64,000 nt of DNA, from contig JBHGNT010000010.1 in NCBI GenBank assembly GCA_043228905.1, forward strand, positions 8,990,001-9,054,000. The letters run 5' to 3'. Source of the stretch: Azolla caroliniana (taxonomy: Eukaryota > Plantae > Polypodiophyta). The translations under genes were made by a program, and so were the position numbers. Shown one piece after another: positions 51,701 to 63,134 of this stretch (position 1 is its first letter; each line of letters opens with the position of its first letter). The notes below the pieces were generated by a model. It ran no database searches. It saw nothing but the letters and a program-made list of their open reading frames with translations, and was not told the origin of the DNA.

Positions 51701-52128
51701 TTAGCTTCTAGCCAAGCATATGGTCATGGACACATGTCGACAAACAATACATCACTCGGCTTGCCGCTTGCTCCCATGTTGAGTAGTCGACATCCTTTGG
51801 GTCAGGTTTATTTTCTTGTGCTCCTTTGATGTAGCTCCAATAACCTTGGTTGCAAGGTATTGGTGCATCTTGTACTCCCAAGATGCAAAGTTGTTTCGGT
51901 TCAACTTCTCGATGGGAAGAGAGCTACCCATTTGAGTATTCATGATGGGCGATGTAGATTTCATTCTTCCTTTCCTTCTCTCTCGAACACGAGCTATGTA
52001 GTGGCACTACGATATCCACGAGCCAGATTTCCTTGAATCGTTGGCGTAAACACAACACACGAGGATGGGCTAGATTGAGCTACCAACCTCGCTCTAATAC
52101 CATGTAAAGAATCGAGTGTGATTCTATG

Positions 52129-55100
52129 TGTACATAAGAGAGACAGAGAGAGTAGAATAACATACACTCAATTCAAAATAATAACACTTTGTACATACAA
52201 ATGTCTTGCAAAATACTTTTTATACAAGTCCTTAAAAGGACTGACAGAAGTATTGACAAGTACTTCAATGCTCATACGAGCGATTGACACTGACTCCTAG
52301 AAATATGGCTACGTACTAGGCTAGGATCGTAGACCTCTAACGGCCTACCGGTTACAATCCAATATGTCTCTCCAATCCGGTTCTTGGTTCCGGATAGCGA
52401 TTCAGATACCTATCCAGTTCTCCGTTCAAGTTACCGATCTCGCTCTGGCTTATTTAGCCGATTCGGATCTGGTTGAGCTTGTCCACTCAACACTCCCCCT
52501 AAAGCTCAACTTCAGGTTGGATCATTGTGTTAGTGTCTGCCGAACCTTGCGGTCGGCTTCTTTTGGTGTTTTCTTGCCTTGCTTGCGCTCTACGACCCGT
52601 CCGATTTCGCTTCCCACGACCCGTCCGATTCCGCGCCTCTCGACCTTCTCGATCGGTTGTCTGCTCATCAGGGCCATCTCAGATCCTTTGCTGTTGCGAC
52701 TTCGACGCTTCTTGACCTGTCGGTTCCTCCGTGTTGGTGTCAACTTCCAATGCCTTCTAGTCCATTTGGCCTTGATTTGATTCAGCCCCTCTGAATCGAA
52801 CTCTTCTTCCGAATGAGGTGCCTCCAATTTGTTCCAACTCTTGTCCGAATTGGTTGTCTCCAATACGTCCTCAATCTTCAGGCCCTTCACAACATCAAAC
52901 CACTTCTGGGTCTTGGCCTTCTCCTTCCGGTCGGTTGTGTCTTGACTCTACCGTCGTCGTCGCTTGTTCCGACTTGTTCGGATGTGCCAACTTCTTCAGT
53001 CAACTCGGCTTCGTTTTTCTTCTTGTCTCCCCCTGCTTCATTTGTTTCCTTCTCTCTAGTTGATTGTCCGATGCCTTTGCCTATTTTCCTGGTTTCTGTT
53101 CTGGTTCTGGTTCTCCTCATACCAGTACCAGTATTGGTTCTCCGCCTCAAGTGCAACATGTTGAGATGTTGAAGACCAGGCATCTCCGAAAATTTTTGCA
53201 ACTTGTTGGTTCCAAGGGCTTTGGTGAAAATGTCAGCAACCTGTCGATCCATTCGAACATACCGGAGTTCGACTTCATCGCTCATGACCTGCCCACACAC
53301 AAAGTGATAGTGCACTTCTATGTGCTTTGTCCGAGCATGAAACATGGGGTTCTTGGCCAGCAACATGCTACTCATGTTGTCACAGTAGATCATGATCGGA
53401 GTCGGTACTTTGATCGGGAGGTCTTGCAACTATCAACGAAGCCAGATGGCTTCACAGGTGGCAACGGTAACGCCCCGATACTCAGCCTCAGTGCTCAAAA
53501 GAGCCACTGTTGGCTGCTTTTTGTTGCTCCACGCAATAGATGCGCTACCTAGAGAGAACATGTAACCGGAAGTGGACCGACGATCTGACGCATCCGTATA
53601 TCCGACGCATCACTGGCCCAATTGGCATCTGTATATCCGACTAGCTTTTCGGTTATACCGTGTCGGTATAACAGTCCCTAGTCCTTAGCGCCGCCAGCAT
53701 ACCTCAACATTCGGTGTGCGCACTAAAGGTGCTCCACGGTTGGCTTCTGTATGAATTGACTGATCTCTCTGACTAGATAGCTAATGTTGGGTCGGGTGAT
53801 CGTTAAATAAATAAGGCTTCTGACAATTTGTCGGAACCGTTTCTCATCGCATGCCGGTCCGGAGTCGGGACGAAGCTTTAGGTTCCGGTCAAGGGGTGTG
53901 GAGATTGGTCGGCAATCGGTCATGCGGAACTTGAACAACATATTCAGCACATGGTGTCGCTGTGAGAGCAATATGTTGTCGGGGGTATAGATCACTTCGA
54001 TCCCGAGGAAATAATGAAGCCCCCCTAGGTCCTTCATTTCGAATGCGTCCAACAATTGGGACTTCACGCGGCCGATTTCAGTGAGTTCGGGATCGGTGAT
54101 GACCAGATCATCCACGTATAACAAGATACATACCGAACCTTCCGGACCTTTCTAGATTGTTGAGCGGACAAGCTCAACTGGATCCGGATCAGCTGAATAA
54201 GCAAGGGCCGAATCGGTATTCGGAACGGAGAACCGGATAGGTATTCGAAACCAAGAACCAGATCAGAGAGATGTTTTAGATTGGAACCGGTAGGCCGTTA
54301 GAGGCTTACGGATCTAGTCTAGTACATAGGCATATTTTTGGGAGTCAGTGTCAGTTGCTCGTATGAGCATTGAAGTACCTATCAATACTTTTGTCAGTCC
54401 TTTTAAGGACTTGTATAAAAGTGCTCACTGAGCACATTGTATATACAGAATGTTATTATTTTGAATTTAGTTTACTGTTCTGCTCTCTCTGTCTCTGTCT
54501 TTGTGATTCAAGCTTCCATTAAACCTTGTCTCTGCTTTATGTTGCTATCCGAATAAACCGATTTGTCAAAGCTTCCGAAAAGAAGGAAGATATGGATAGA
54601 ACTATGGTGAGCTCGCTTCCAATAGAAAAGCTCGACCGGAGCAATTATGCGTCCTGGTCGTATAAAATGCACCAATACCTGTTGGAGCATGGATATTGGA
54701 GCTATGTGGAAGGAGCAAATGTAGCAGCCCCGGATTCAGCACACAAGGACTTCCCGGTATGTGAACAAGCAACGAGTAGAGTATTGTACTGTCTCGCGTC
54801 CATGTGATTTCAGAATCGGGTCGGAGTCGGTAGAGAGTACCAGGATGCTGACTCGTCAAATTCGACATCTTGGCTTACTCGTACTTGCTTGGTCTGGGGG
54901 TTGTAGCACTTATACCCTTCTACTCATGTGAGTAGCTGACCAAAATGCACTTCTCCGACTTAGGGTCCAACTTTCTCCATTTCTCATCCGACACATGCAC
55001 ATATGCTATGCTACCAAATATCCTAAGGTGCCTTAAATTCGGCTTCCGCTCGAAATACAACTCGTGTGCTGACACCTTCTCCCCAATCCGGTTTTGGATG

Positions 55101-56454
55101 TAGACGACTGTCTGGACCGCTTTGGCCCAATAGGACTTGGGCATGCTCATTTCTTCCAGCATTGCTCGTGCCGCCTCCACAATTGACCGGTTCTTCCTTT
55201 TGGCCACACCGTTTAGTTCCAGTGTGTATTAACAACTGAATTCCTTCCAAATTCCTTTCTGTTGCAGATAATTGTTGAATTGGCCGCAAAGTATTCTTTT
55301 CTGCCATCCGACTGCAGGCACTTGATCTTTCTCTCTGTTTCCCGTTCAACAAGACTTTGCGGGTTCGGGAAACAGTCGAAGACTTCACTTTTCTTCTCAC
55401 ATCCACGTGTGCCGGCTGTAGTCGTCTATGAAGGAGATGAAATATCCGCTCCTGCTAAGACTAACGTTCTGTGCCGGTCCCCATACATCCAAATGTATTA
55501 GATCGAGCTTGTTACGGCTCTGGGTTTTTTCAGTGGGGAACAAAAGCCAGTGTTGCTTCCCAAGTTGGCAGGCTTCACAAATTTGGGCCTTCCGACCATT
55601 GAATTTTGGCAATCCGAAATCAACATGTTTCGATTGCAGGTCTTGAAGCCTCTAATAGTTGACTTGGCTGATCCGCTTATGCCACAAGTCAATATCCGAC
55701 TCGACTTTCTGTTATTTTGCGAACAAAGCGATGCCAATGTCCTTGGTGTCGAGGATAAACATCCTCCCGTCCCGGCTCCCTTGCGCAACGATCCGGCCCT
55801 CTTCCTCAATGAAGCACCCAAGATGCATAAATTGCACCTGCATCCCTTGGTCGATGATCTGCCGGACTAACACTAGGTTCTTTGTGATCGTCGGGACCTA
55901 AAGCACGTTCATAAGCTTCCCTTGTTGCCCGAGATCACTCAAGGGGACTTCTCCGACATGCATGATCGGGTGAGGAGTGTCGTCTTTGATTTCGACAATT
56001 CCTGATTGCTCCGACTTTTCCAGAAACGAGAACCACTCTTCATGGTTTGTCATCTGGTTAGATGTTCCGGAATCAACATACCACACTTCCTCCGATCCGG
56101 AAGTGGTCTTCTTCATCGAGTTCGCTTTGAGCTTCATCACAAAGGTTGGCCCTTTTTGGTCTTTTCGGTCCCGGATCGTTTTGATCCTTCGGCGTAGTGT
56201 GAGTTTTGGCGGTTCCCTTGTCTGGCCTTACCGGGTCCGGATTTTTCTGAATCGGTGCACTTCTTCCAGCACTCGCTTTCCCGGTGGCCCTTCTTGCCAC
56301 AATACTAGCATTCTGTGTCGTCTTTCGATTGCCAGTTTCCAACGCTACCTCGACTCCCCCATGCTTGTGGAGGGTCTAGAACTATTGTCGGCACTATCTT
56401 CGTGCCTCCGATTCTGCTCTTGCCGGTTGCCGCTATTGCGTGCCGACCCACCTC
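52129..56454 (-). mobile_element. Degenerate Ty1/copia element C (related to B): 3' LTR, RNase H, RT, integrase, protease, gag end
   Basis: LTR ends ...CTCAACA at 52492 followed by PPT CTCCCCCT; ORFs 52887-53429, 53723-54124, 54920-55207 and 55898-56140 are homologous to B; gag is cut at 56454 by the next insertion. Confidence 0.87.
54158..54802 (+). mobile_element. Inverted C-family LTR plus gag start embedded inside element C
   Basis: TGTTGAGCGGACAAGCTCAAC is an inverted homologue of 52129-52492; LTR end and PBS are missing; gag MDRTMVSSLPIEKLDRSNYASW. Confidence 0.8.
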
Positions 56455-57889
56455 TGTCACACTTTAGACTCAAACCTCTGACTTTTAACACACACAGTAC
56501 ATTGTGTTGTGTTAACAACCATATGGAAACTCTTGTGAATTGTCCAGATTCGATTGTGAACTTGTATATATTGTACAGTCTACTATATAGTACATTCGAG
56601 AATATTCTAGTCATTAGTATATTCTAGAATTATTCTGTGGTATATTCTAAATGGGTATATTCTTGAGTATATTCTAGAGATATTCATTCTCGGAAATTGT
56701 ATAAATATGTGTAACATCCTTGGTCCCTTTCAAGGGATTCAACACCAGTCATTTACACATCAATCTAGTATTCTCGTTTCACCTCATCTTTGTCTCCTTG
56801 ATCTTTATTTCTGTCTTCATGCCCTCATGTCGCTCACAACAACTAGAGTTCCTAGCCTCGTCACATCTAGCACCAAGTTCATCCGTCGCTTGTAGCCCCA
56901 TCATTTGTGCTCCGTCCTAGTCCGCGCTTGGTGTGTCTGTGACAGTTTGAATCCCTTCCAACTGGGAGCACCACTCGTCTTCGTCATCGCCTTTGCTTCT
57001 AGAGTTACCATCATCACCGTCCTTGCTTCTGGAGTTACCGTCATCAACATCCTTGTCTTCGATGTCATCATTTTCAGCACCTCTTCGTACAACCATCGTC
57101 GTCATCAACACTACTTGTCATCATTTTGCATCACAGTTTTGGTGAGGAGTGCTTTCGATCACTCACCTTCCCAGTTCCGGTGGGGGTCACAACCACTCAC
57201 TTTCCTGGTGGGGATCGGATCATTGCTCGGTTGCACTACATTTTCGTTATAGTTCAAGTCTCGCGCCACTTTCTATTGATGAGGACCGATTTCGATCGCT
57301 CACCTTCTAGTTTCGGTGGGGGTCACAACCGCTCATTTTCTTGGTGGGGATCGCGTGGATTTCTCTCTAGCGCTACCATTTGTGTTGTGTCTTGAGTCAA
57401 CCTCGACTATTTACCCTCTCATAATGAGAGGATTTGACGCTATCAAATCTTTCGCCTCTCGGCCACAACCGAGACAACACGGATCAATGCAGCAGAAAAT
57501 GGAAAAAAAAAACACAAAGAGACGAATACACAGGGTATAACGTGGAAAACCCTAAACGGGAAAAACCACGGGAGTGCACAACTCCAACTATCACTATACA
57601 CTGGAATATACAATGGCGAGCTGCAAGGCGACGACCTTGAGCTCGCTGTCCTCGCCACAGGCGGCGGTATTACACAGAGGCGTCGACCTCTTCGTTTCTC
57701 TCTCTAGCGGCTGCTCTCACTTCGCTCCCTCTGAGTGAAAACAGAAAATAAGCAACAACATAAAACAGTTTGCCCTAAGTCATATTTATACATATATGTC
57801 TTTCGGGCTATTTACAAATATAGCCTCAAGGGCTCTTGGCAAACATATTCACAAATATGTCCCCGCATCCGGATCTCCCTCCGGGTACA

Positions 57890-58135
57890 TTCGTCATCCG
57901 GCTCCGTAACCGGGGTCTTCATCATCCGGCTCCGTAGCCGGGGTCTTCATCATCCGGCACCGTAGCCAGGGTCTTCGTCATCCGGCTCCGTAGCCGGGTA
58001 TTCATCATCCGGCTCCGTAGCCGGGGTCTTCATCATCCGGCTCCGTAGCCAGGGTCTTCGTCATCCGGCTCCGTAGCCAGGGTCTTCATCATCCGGCTCC
58101 ATAGCCAGGGTCTTCGTCATCCGGCTCCGTAACCG
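57890..58135. repeat. About nine tandem copies of a 26-27 bp unit (TCATCCGGCTCCGTAGCCRGGGTCTTC) in U3 of the copia D LTR; repeated at about 62782-63027
   Basis: Seen directly in both LTRs. Confidence 0.9.
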
Positions 58136-58206
58136 CAACCGGGCTTGCCGTCATTCATCTCCGGACATCCCATCCGGAGGGACCGAAATCCCAACAAACT
58201 CCCCCT

Positions 58207-61200
58207 TCACTTCGGCATGGGATGTCTCTCCAATCCGATCCTCTTCCGGCATGCTTCCAGCTTCTTGTCGGGTGTGAGCACTTTGGTCAGCATATCTGAG
58301 CCGTTCTCGTCCGTGTGGATCTTCGTCAGCACGAACTCCTGGTCTTCTATCCTTTCCCGGATCCAGTGATATCTTCGCTGGATGTGCTTCGTCCGGGAGT
58401 GATAGGCCGCGTTCTTCGCAAGGTGGATGGCACTCTGACTGTCGCAGTAGAGTCGGTACTCCTCCTGCCGGATACCGAGCTCTCTAATGAAGTCCTTCAT
58501 CCATATCATTTCCTTGCCGGCTTCAACAGCCGCCATGTACTCCGCCTCCGTGGTTGACAACGCAACCGTCTTCTGCAGCCTCGACTGCCACGAAACAGCT
58601 CCCCCTGCATACGTCATCACATACCCTGATGTGGACCGGCTGGTATCTACATCAGCCGACATATCCGAATCGGTAAAGCCGTCGAGTTCGGACTTACCGG
58701 AGCCGAATCGGAGGCACACGTTTGCCGTGCCCTTCAGGTATCGAAGTATCCACTTGACCGCGTTCCAGTGCTCTTTGCCGGGATTGCTCATGTACCGGCT
58801 CACCACTCCGACTGCGTATCCTATGTCCGGTCTTGTACACACCATTGCGTACATCAAGCTTCCGATGGCAGAGGCATATGGTACTTTCATCATGTCCTCT
58901 TTCTCAGCCTTTGTCTTGGGGCTTTGCTTGCTGGACAACTTGCAGTTTGCCGGGAGAGTTGATCCGACCGGTCTTGCTTCCGACATGTTGAACCGGTGAA
59001 GCACCTTTGTTACGTACTTCTCCTGTGACAGCCACAACTGCTTCTTCTTCCGGTCTCGGATGATGTGCATCCCTAGTATTTGCCTCGCCGGACCTAGGTC
59101 CTTCATTGAGAAGGTTCGTTGAAGTGCTTTCTTCAGCATCCGTATCTTGCCCTGGTCCCGTCCGACGATCAGCATGTCGTCCACGTACAGGAGGAGTATT
59201 AGAGAGTCTCCTCCTTCGAACTTCTTCACAAACACGCAGTGATCGGACTGCGTTTTGTGGTACCCTTCGTCGGTCATGAAGGAGTCGAACTTCCGGTACC
59301 ATTGCCGGGGAGCCTGCTTCAGTCCGTAAAGGCTCTTCTTCAACCGGCATACCAAGTGCTCCTTCCCTTTCATCTCGAATCCTTCCGGTTGCTGCATGTA
59401 GATCTCTTCTTCGAGGTCACCGTGAAGGAATGCCGTCTTCACGTCCATCTGTTCTACCTCGAGGTCCATGCTTGCCGCTATGCTCAGCACCGTCCGGATG
59501 GAGGTCATCTTCACTACCGGGGCAAATATCTCGTCGAAATCGACGCCCTTCTTTTGCTAGAACCCCTTCACCACGATCCTGGCTTCGTATCTCGGGGGGT
59601 TTCCGGCATCTCCCGGTTTCAGCTTGAACACCCACTTGTTTCGTAGTGCCCGCTTTCCTTTTGGCAACTCCACAAGTTCATATGTGTGGTTCTCATGCAG
59701 GGAATCCATCTCGTCCTGCATTGCACTCAACCATCTGCGGCTCTGGGTGTCATGCTTTGCTTCTTCAAAGCTCTCTGGCTCCCCCTCGTCGGTTAGCAGC
59801 ACGTGCTCTGGTTCCGGAAATCTCCGGGGGGCCCTTCTCTCTCTTAGAGGATATCTCCGTTCCGGAGCTTCGGTAACCGGTTCTTCCGATTCTTCTTCAT
59901 CCGAATCCATTTCGGGATCGGGGCCGGTTCCGGTATCATTTTCATCTTCTTCGGCCGGTTCTGTTTCTTCATAGTCTTCGGCCGGATCCTCGAGTGTTAA
60001 CCGGTCCCTTGCCGGTCGGGGCTGCTCCTCGTAGAGTTGATCCTCACCGGTCGACTTGGAGCTCTTCATCTTCTTCTCCGACTCCCAGTCGGCGAGTGTC
60101 TTGTCCTCCATGAAGATGATGTCTCGACTCCTGAATATCTTCTTGTCGACCGGGTCCCATACTCGGTAGCCGAACTCGTCGTCGCCGTAACCGAGGAATA
60201 TGCATGGCCGGGTCTTTGGATCTAGCTTTCCTCTCCGGTCCTTTGCCACATGCACGTATGCGAGACACCCGAACACCTTCAGATGCCGGTAGGACACTTC
60301 CTTACCGGTCCACACTTTCTGCGGCGTGTCCCCGTCCAAAGGTACTGAGGGTGATCTGTTTATCACGTATGTCGCCGTCGACATTGCCTCAGCCCAAAAC
60401 CCCTTGGGTAATTTCGCATGTGCCAGCATACTCCGGACCCTCTCCATTATGGTCCGGTTCATCCTCTCGGCCAGCCCGTTCAGTTCCGGCGTCTTCGGCA
60501 CAGTAAACTCGAGCCGGATTCCCTTCGAGCGACAGTACTCCTGGAACTGCCCCCGGTATTCCCCTCCGTTATCCGCTCGTATCGCTTTCAGCTTCTTGCC
60601 GGATTCCCTTTCCACTCTCGCGTGGAGTTCTTTGAAGACGGATAATACTTGGTCCTTTGTCTTCAACGGTGCCGTCCACAACTTCCGGCTATGGTCATCT
60701 ATGAATGTTACGAAGTATTGGGCTCCGCCATGTGACTTCGTTTCTACCTGACACACATCAGTGTGCACCAACTCCAATGGTACACTACGTCTCGTCGGTG
60801 GCCTTGAGTGGAAGGAGGTCCGGTTTTGCTTACCGGCCAGGCAGTCGGTGCACTTCTCCAGGTGCACATGCTTCACCGGAATAAGGTTGTCTTCTGCAAG
60901 CCTCTTCATCCCCTTCTCACTCATGTGGCACAGTCTCTTGTGCCACAGCTCACCGGCAGTGTCGGCTGCCACGTTCAGCTCCTCCGGACATAGCCGGGAA
61001 TTCATCAGGTACAGTGTGTTGACCTTCCGGGCCCGAGCCACTATCAGGCTCCCCTTGCTGAACTTCATGACACCGTTCCGGATGCTACCCGTGTAGCCTT
61101 CATCATCTAGCCTCCCGGCCGAGATCAGGTTCAATCGGACCTCCGGAACGTGTCGCACATCCTTCAGCAGCATCTTGCATCCGGTTGATGTCATCAGCCA

Positions 61201-62283
61201 CACGTCTCCTATGCCGGCAATCCGGCATGTGCCTTCATTTCCCATCCGGACACAGCCGTGCTCACCGGTTGTGTAGGATGAGAAGTATTTCTTCTCCGGG
61301 GTCAGGTGGAACGACGCTCCGGAATCGACCACCCAGGTCATCTCTACACCGGCAAGGTTCAGCTCCCTCTCTTCGGTAATGAGCATGATTTCTTCTTCAC
61401 TTGCCGCGAGTGCCGTCGTTCCTTTCCGGTCCTGCCCTCGCCGATCCGGACCTCTCCGGTCCGTGGCTCCCCGGTATGCACCGTTTCTCTCCGGTGACTT
61501 CTTCGAATCGGTGTCGTCGGCTCCGTTGTCTTTTCGGTAATGCCGACAATTCTTCCGGAAGTGCCCCGGCTTCCCACAGTGGAAGCATGTGGGTCTTCCT
61601 CTTGACTGCGACCGGGTCCCCGACTTCTCCCGTCTTTGCGGACTCCGGTTCCATTGTCTTCCCCGTTCCGATTCGGTAAGCAGCGCCTTCGAGTCGGAGA
61701 CCGGTTCTTTATCTCTCCGACGCGCTTCTTCGTTCAAAATACTTGTCTTTACCGTTTGTAGGGACAAGTTATCTTCGGTGCAGGAGGTGCTGAGAGTCAC
61801 CACCAAGTTCTCCCAGCTGTCCGGCAATGTACACATCAGGATGATGGCTTGCATTGCATCCTCCAACGGGAACTTGATCGCCGCAAGCTGGTTCACGAAT
61901 CCCATGAACGTGCTTACGTGTTCCACCATACTCTCGCCGTCCCGGTACTTGAGGTTCACTATCTTTCTCATCAGGGAGGTCCGGTTCAACGCATTCTTCC
62001 TCTCGTAGAGGCCCGACAGTTTCCTCCACATCTCATATGCGTTGGTGTCGTTCGCCACGTGTTGTAGAACGCTCACGTCGACGTATTGCCGAATGGTTGC
62101 AACGGCTTTCCGGTTCAGAAGCCTCCACTCCGTCTCAAGTACCCCCTTGGGTATTTCCGACCTGTCGATCGGTTCATACAGGTCCCGAACAATGAGCAGA
62201 TCCTCCATCTTTATCTTCCAGTCGGCGTAGTTCTGCGCATTCAGCACCATCATCCCCGGCTGCCCGCTGCTGCCGCCTTCCAT
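58207..62283 (-). pseudogene. Gag-pol of copia D, complete except for one in-frame TAG at 59557-59559
   Basis: ORFs 59557-62370 and 58207-59514 are in the same frame; junction reads KGF*QKKGVDFDEIFAPVVKM. Zinc knuckle CFHCGKPGHFRKNC, protease VVDSGAS, integrase, RT LYVDD and RNase H FTDSD are all present. Confidence 0.9.
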
Positions 62284-63134
62284 TTTCTGTGTTACCGTTG
62301 CTCTGATACCAGTTTGAGAGGATTTGACGCTATCAAATCTTTCGCCTCTCGGCCACAACCGAGACAACACGGATCAATGCAGCAGAAAATGGAAAAAAAA
62401 AAAACACAGAGAGACGAATACACAGGGTATAACGTGGAAAACCCTAAACGGGAAAAACCACGGGAGTGCACAACTCCAACTATCACTATACACTGGAATA
62501 TACAATGGCGAGCTGCAAGGCGACGACCTTGAGCTCGCTGTCCTCGCCACAGGCGGCGGTATTACACAGAGGCGTCGACCTCTTCGTTTCTCTCTCTAGC
62601 GGCTGCTCTCACTTCGCTCCCTCTGAGTGAAAACAGAAAATAAGCAACAACATAAAACAGTTTGCCCTAAGTCATATTTATACATATATGTCTTTCGGGC
62701 TATTTACAAATATAGCCTCAAGGGCTCTTGGCAAACATATTCACAAATATGTCCCCGCATCCGGATCTCCCTCCGGGTACATTCGTCATCCGGCTCCGTA
62801 ACCGGGGTCTTCATCATCCGGCTCCGTAGCCGGGGTCTTCATCATCCGGCACCGTAGCCAGGGTCTTCGTCATCCGGCTCCGTAGCCGGGTATTCACCAT
62901 CCGGCTCCGTAGCCGGGGTCTTCATCATCCGGCTCCGTAGCCAGGGTCTTCGTCATCCGGCTCCGTAGCCAGGGTCTTCATCATCCGGCTCCATAGCCAG
63001 GGTCTTCGTCATCCGGCTCCGTAACCGCAACCGGGCTTGCCGTCATTCATCTCCGGACATCCCATCCGGAGGGACCGAAATCCCAACACATAATAGAAGA
63101 AATCGAGTCAACCGCTTCACTTGCACTCCTTTGA

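Larger units (their letters stand above)
35696..52128 (-). mobile_element. Degenerate Ty1/copia element A, host of copia B; integrase deleted
   Basis: 3' LTR 35696-36147 followed by PPT; RNase H and RT (RTKHIEVYYHFIRE, LYVDDL) split at 37013/50041; the protease region joins RT directly near 50695; gag to about 51945; PBS at 52091-52102; only 26 bp of the 5' LTR remain (52103-52128). Confidence 0.88.
57425..63088 (-). mobile_element. Young full-length Ty1/copia element D (Tnt1/Tork-like)
   Basis: LTRs 57425-58196 and 62315-63088 differ by about two substitutions and one poly-A length change by eye; perfect TSD CATAA; Met PBS at 62300-62311; PPT at 58197-58210. Confidence 0.96.
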
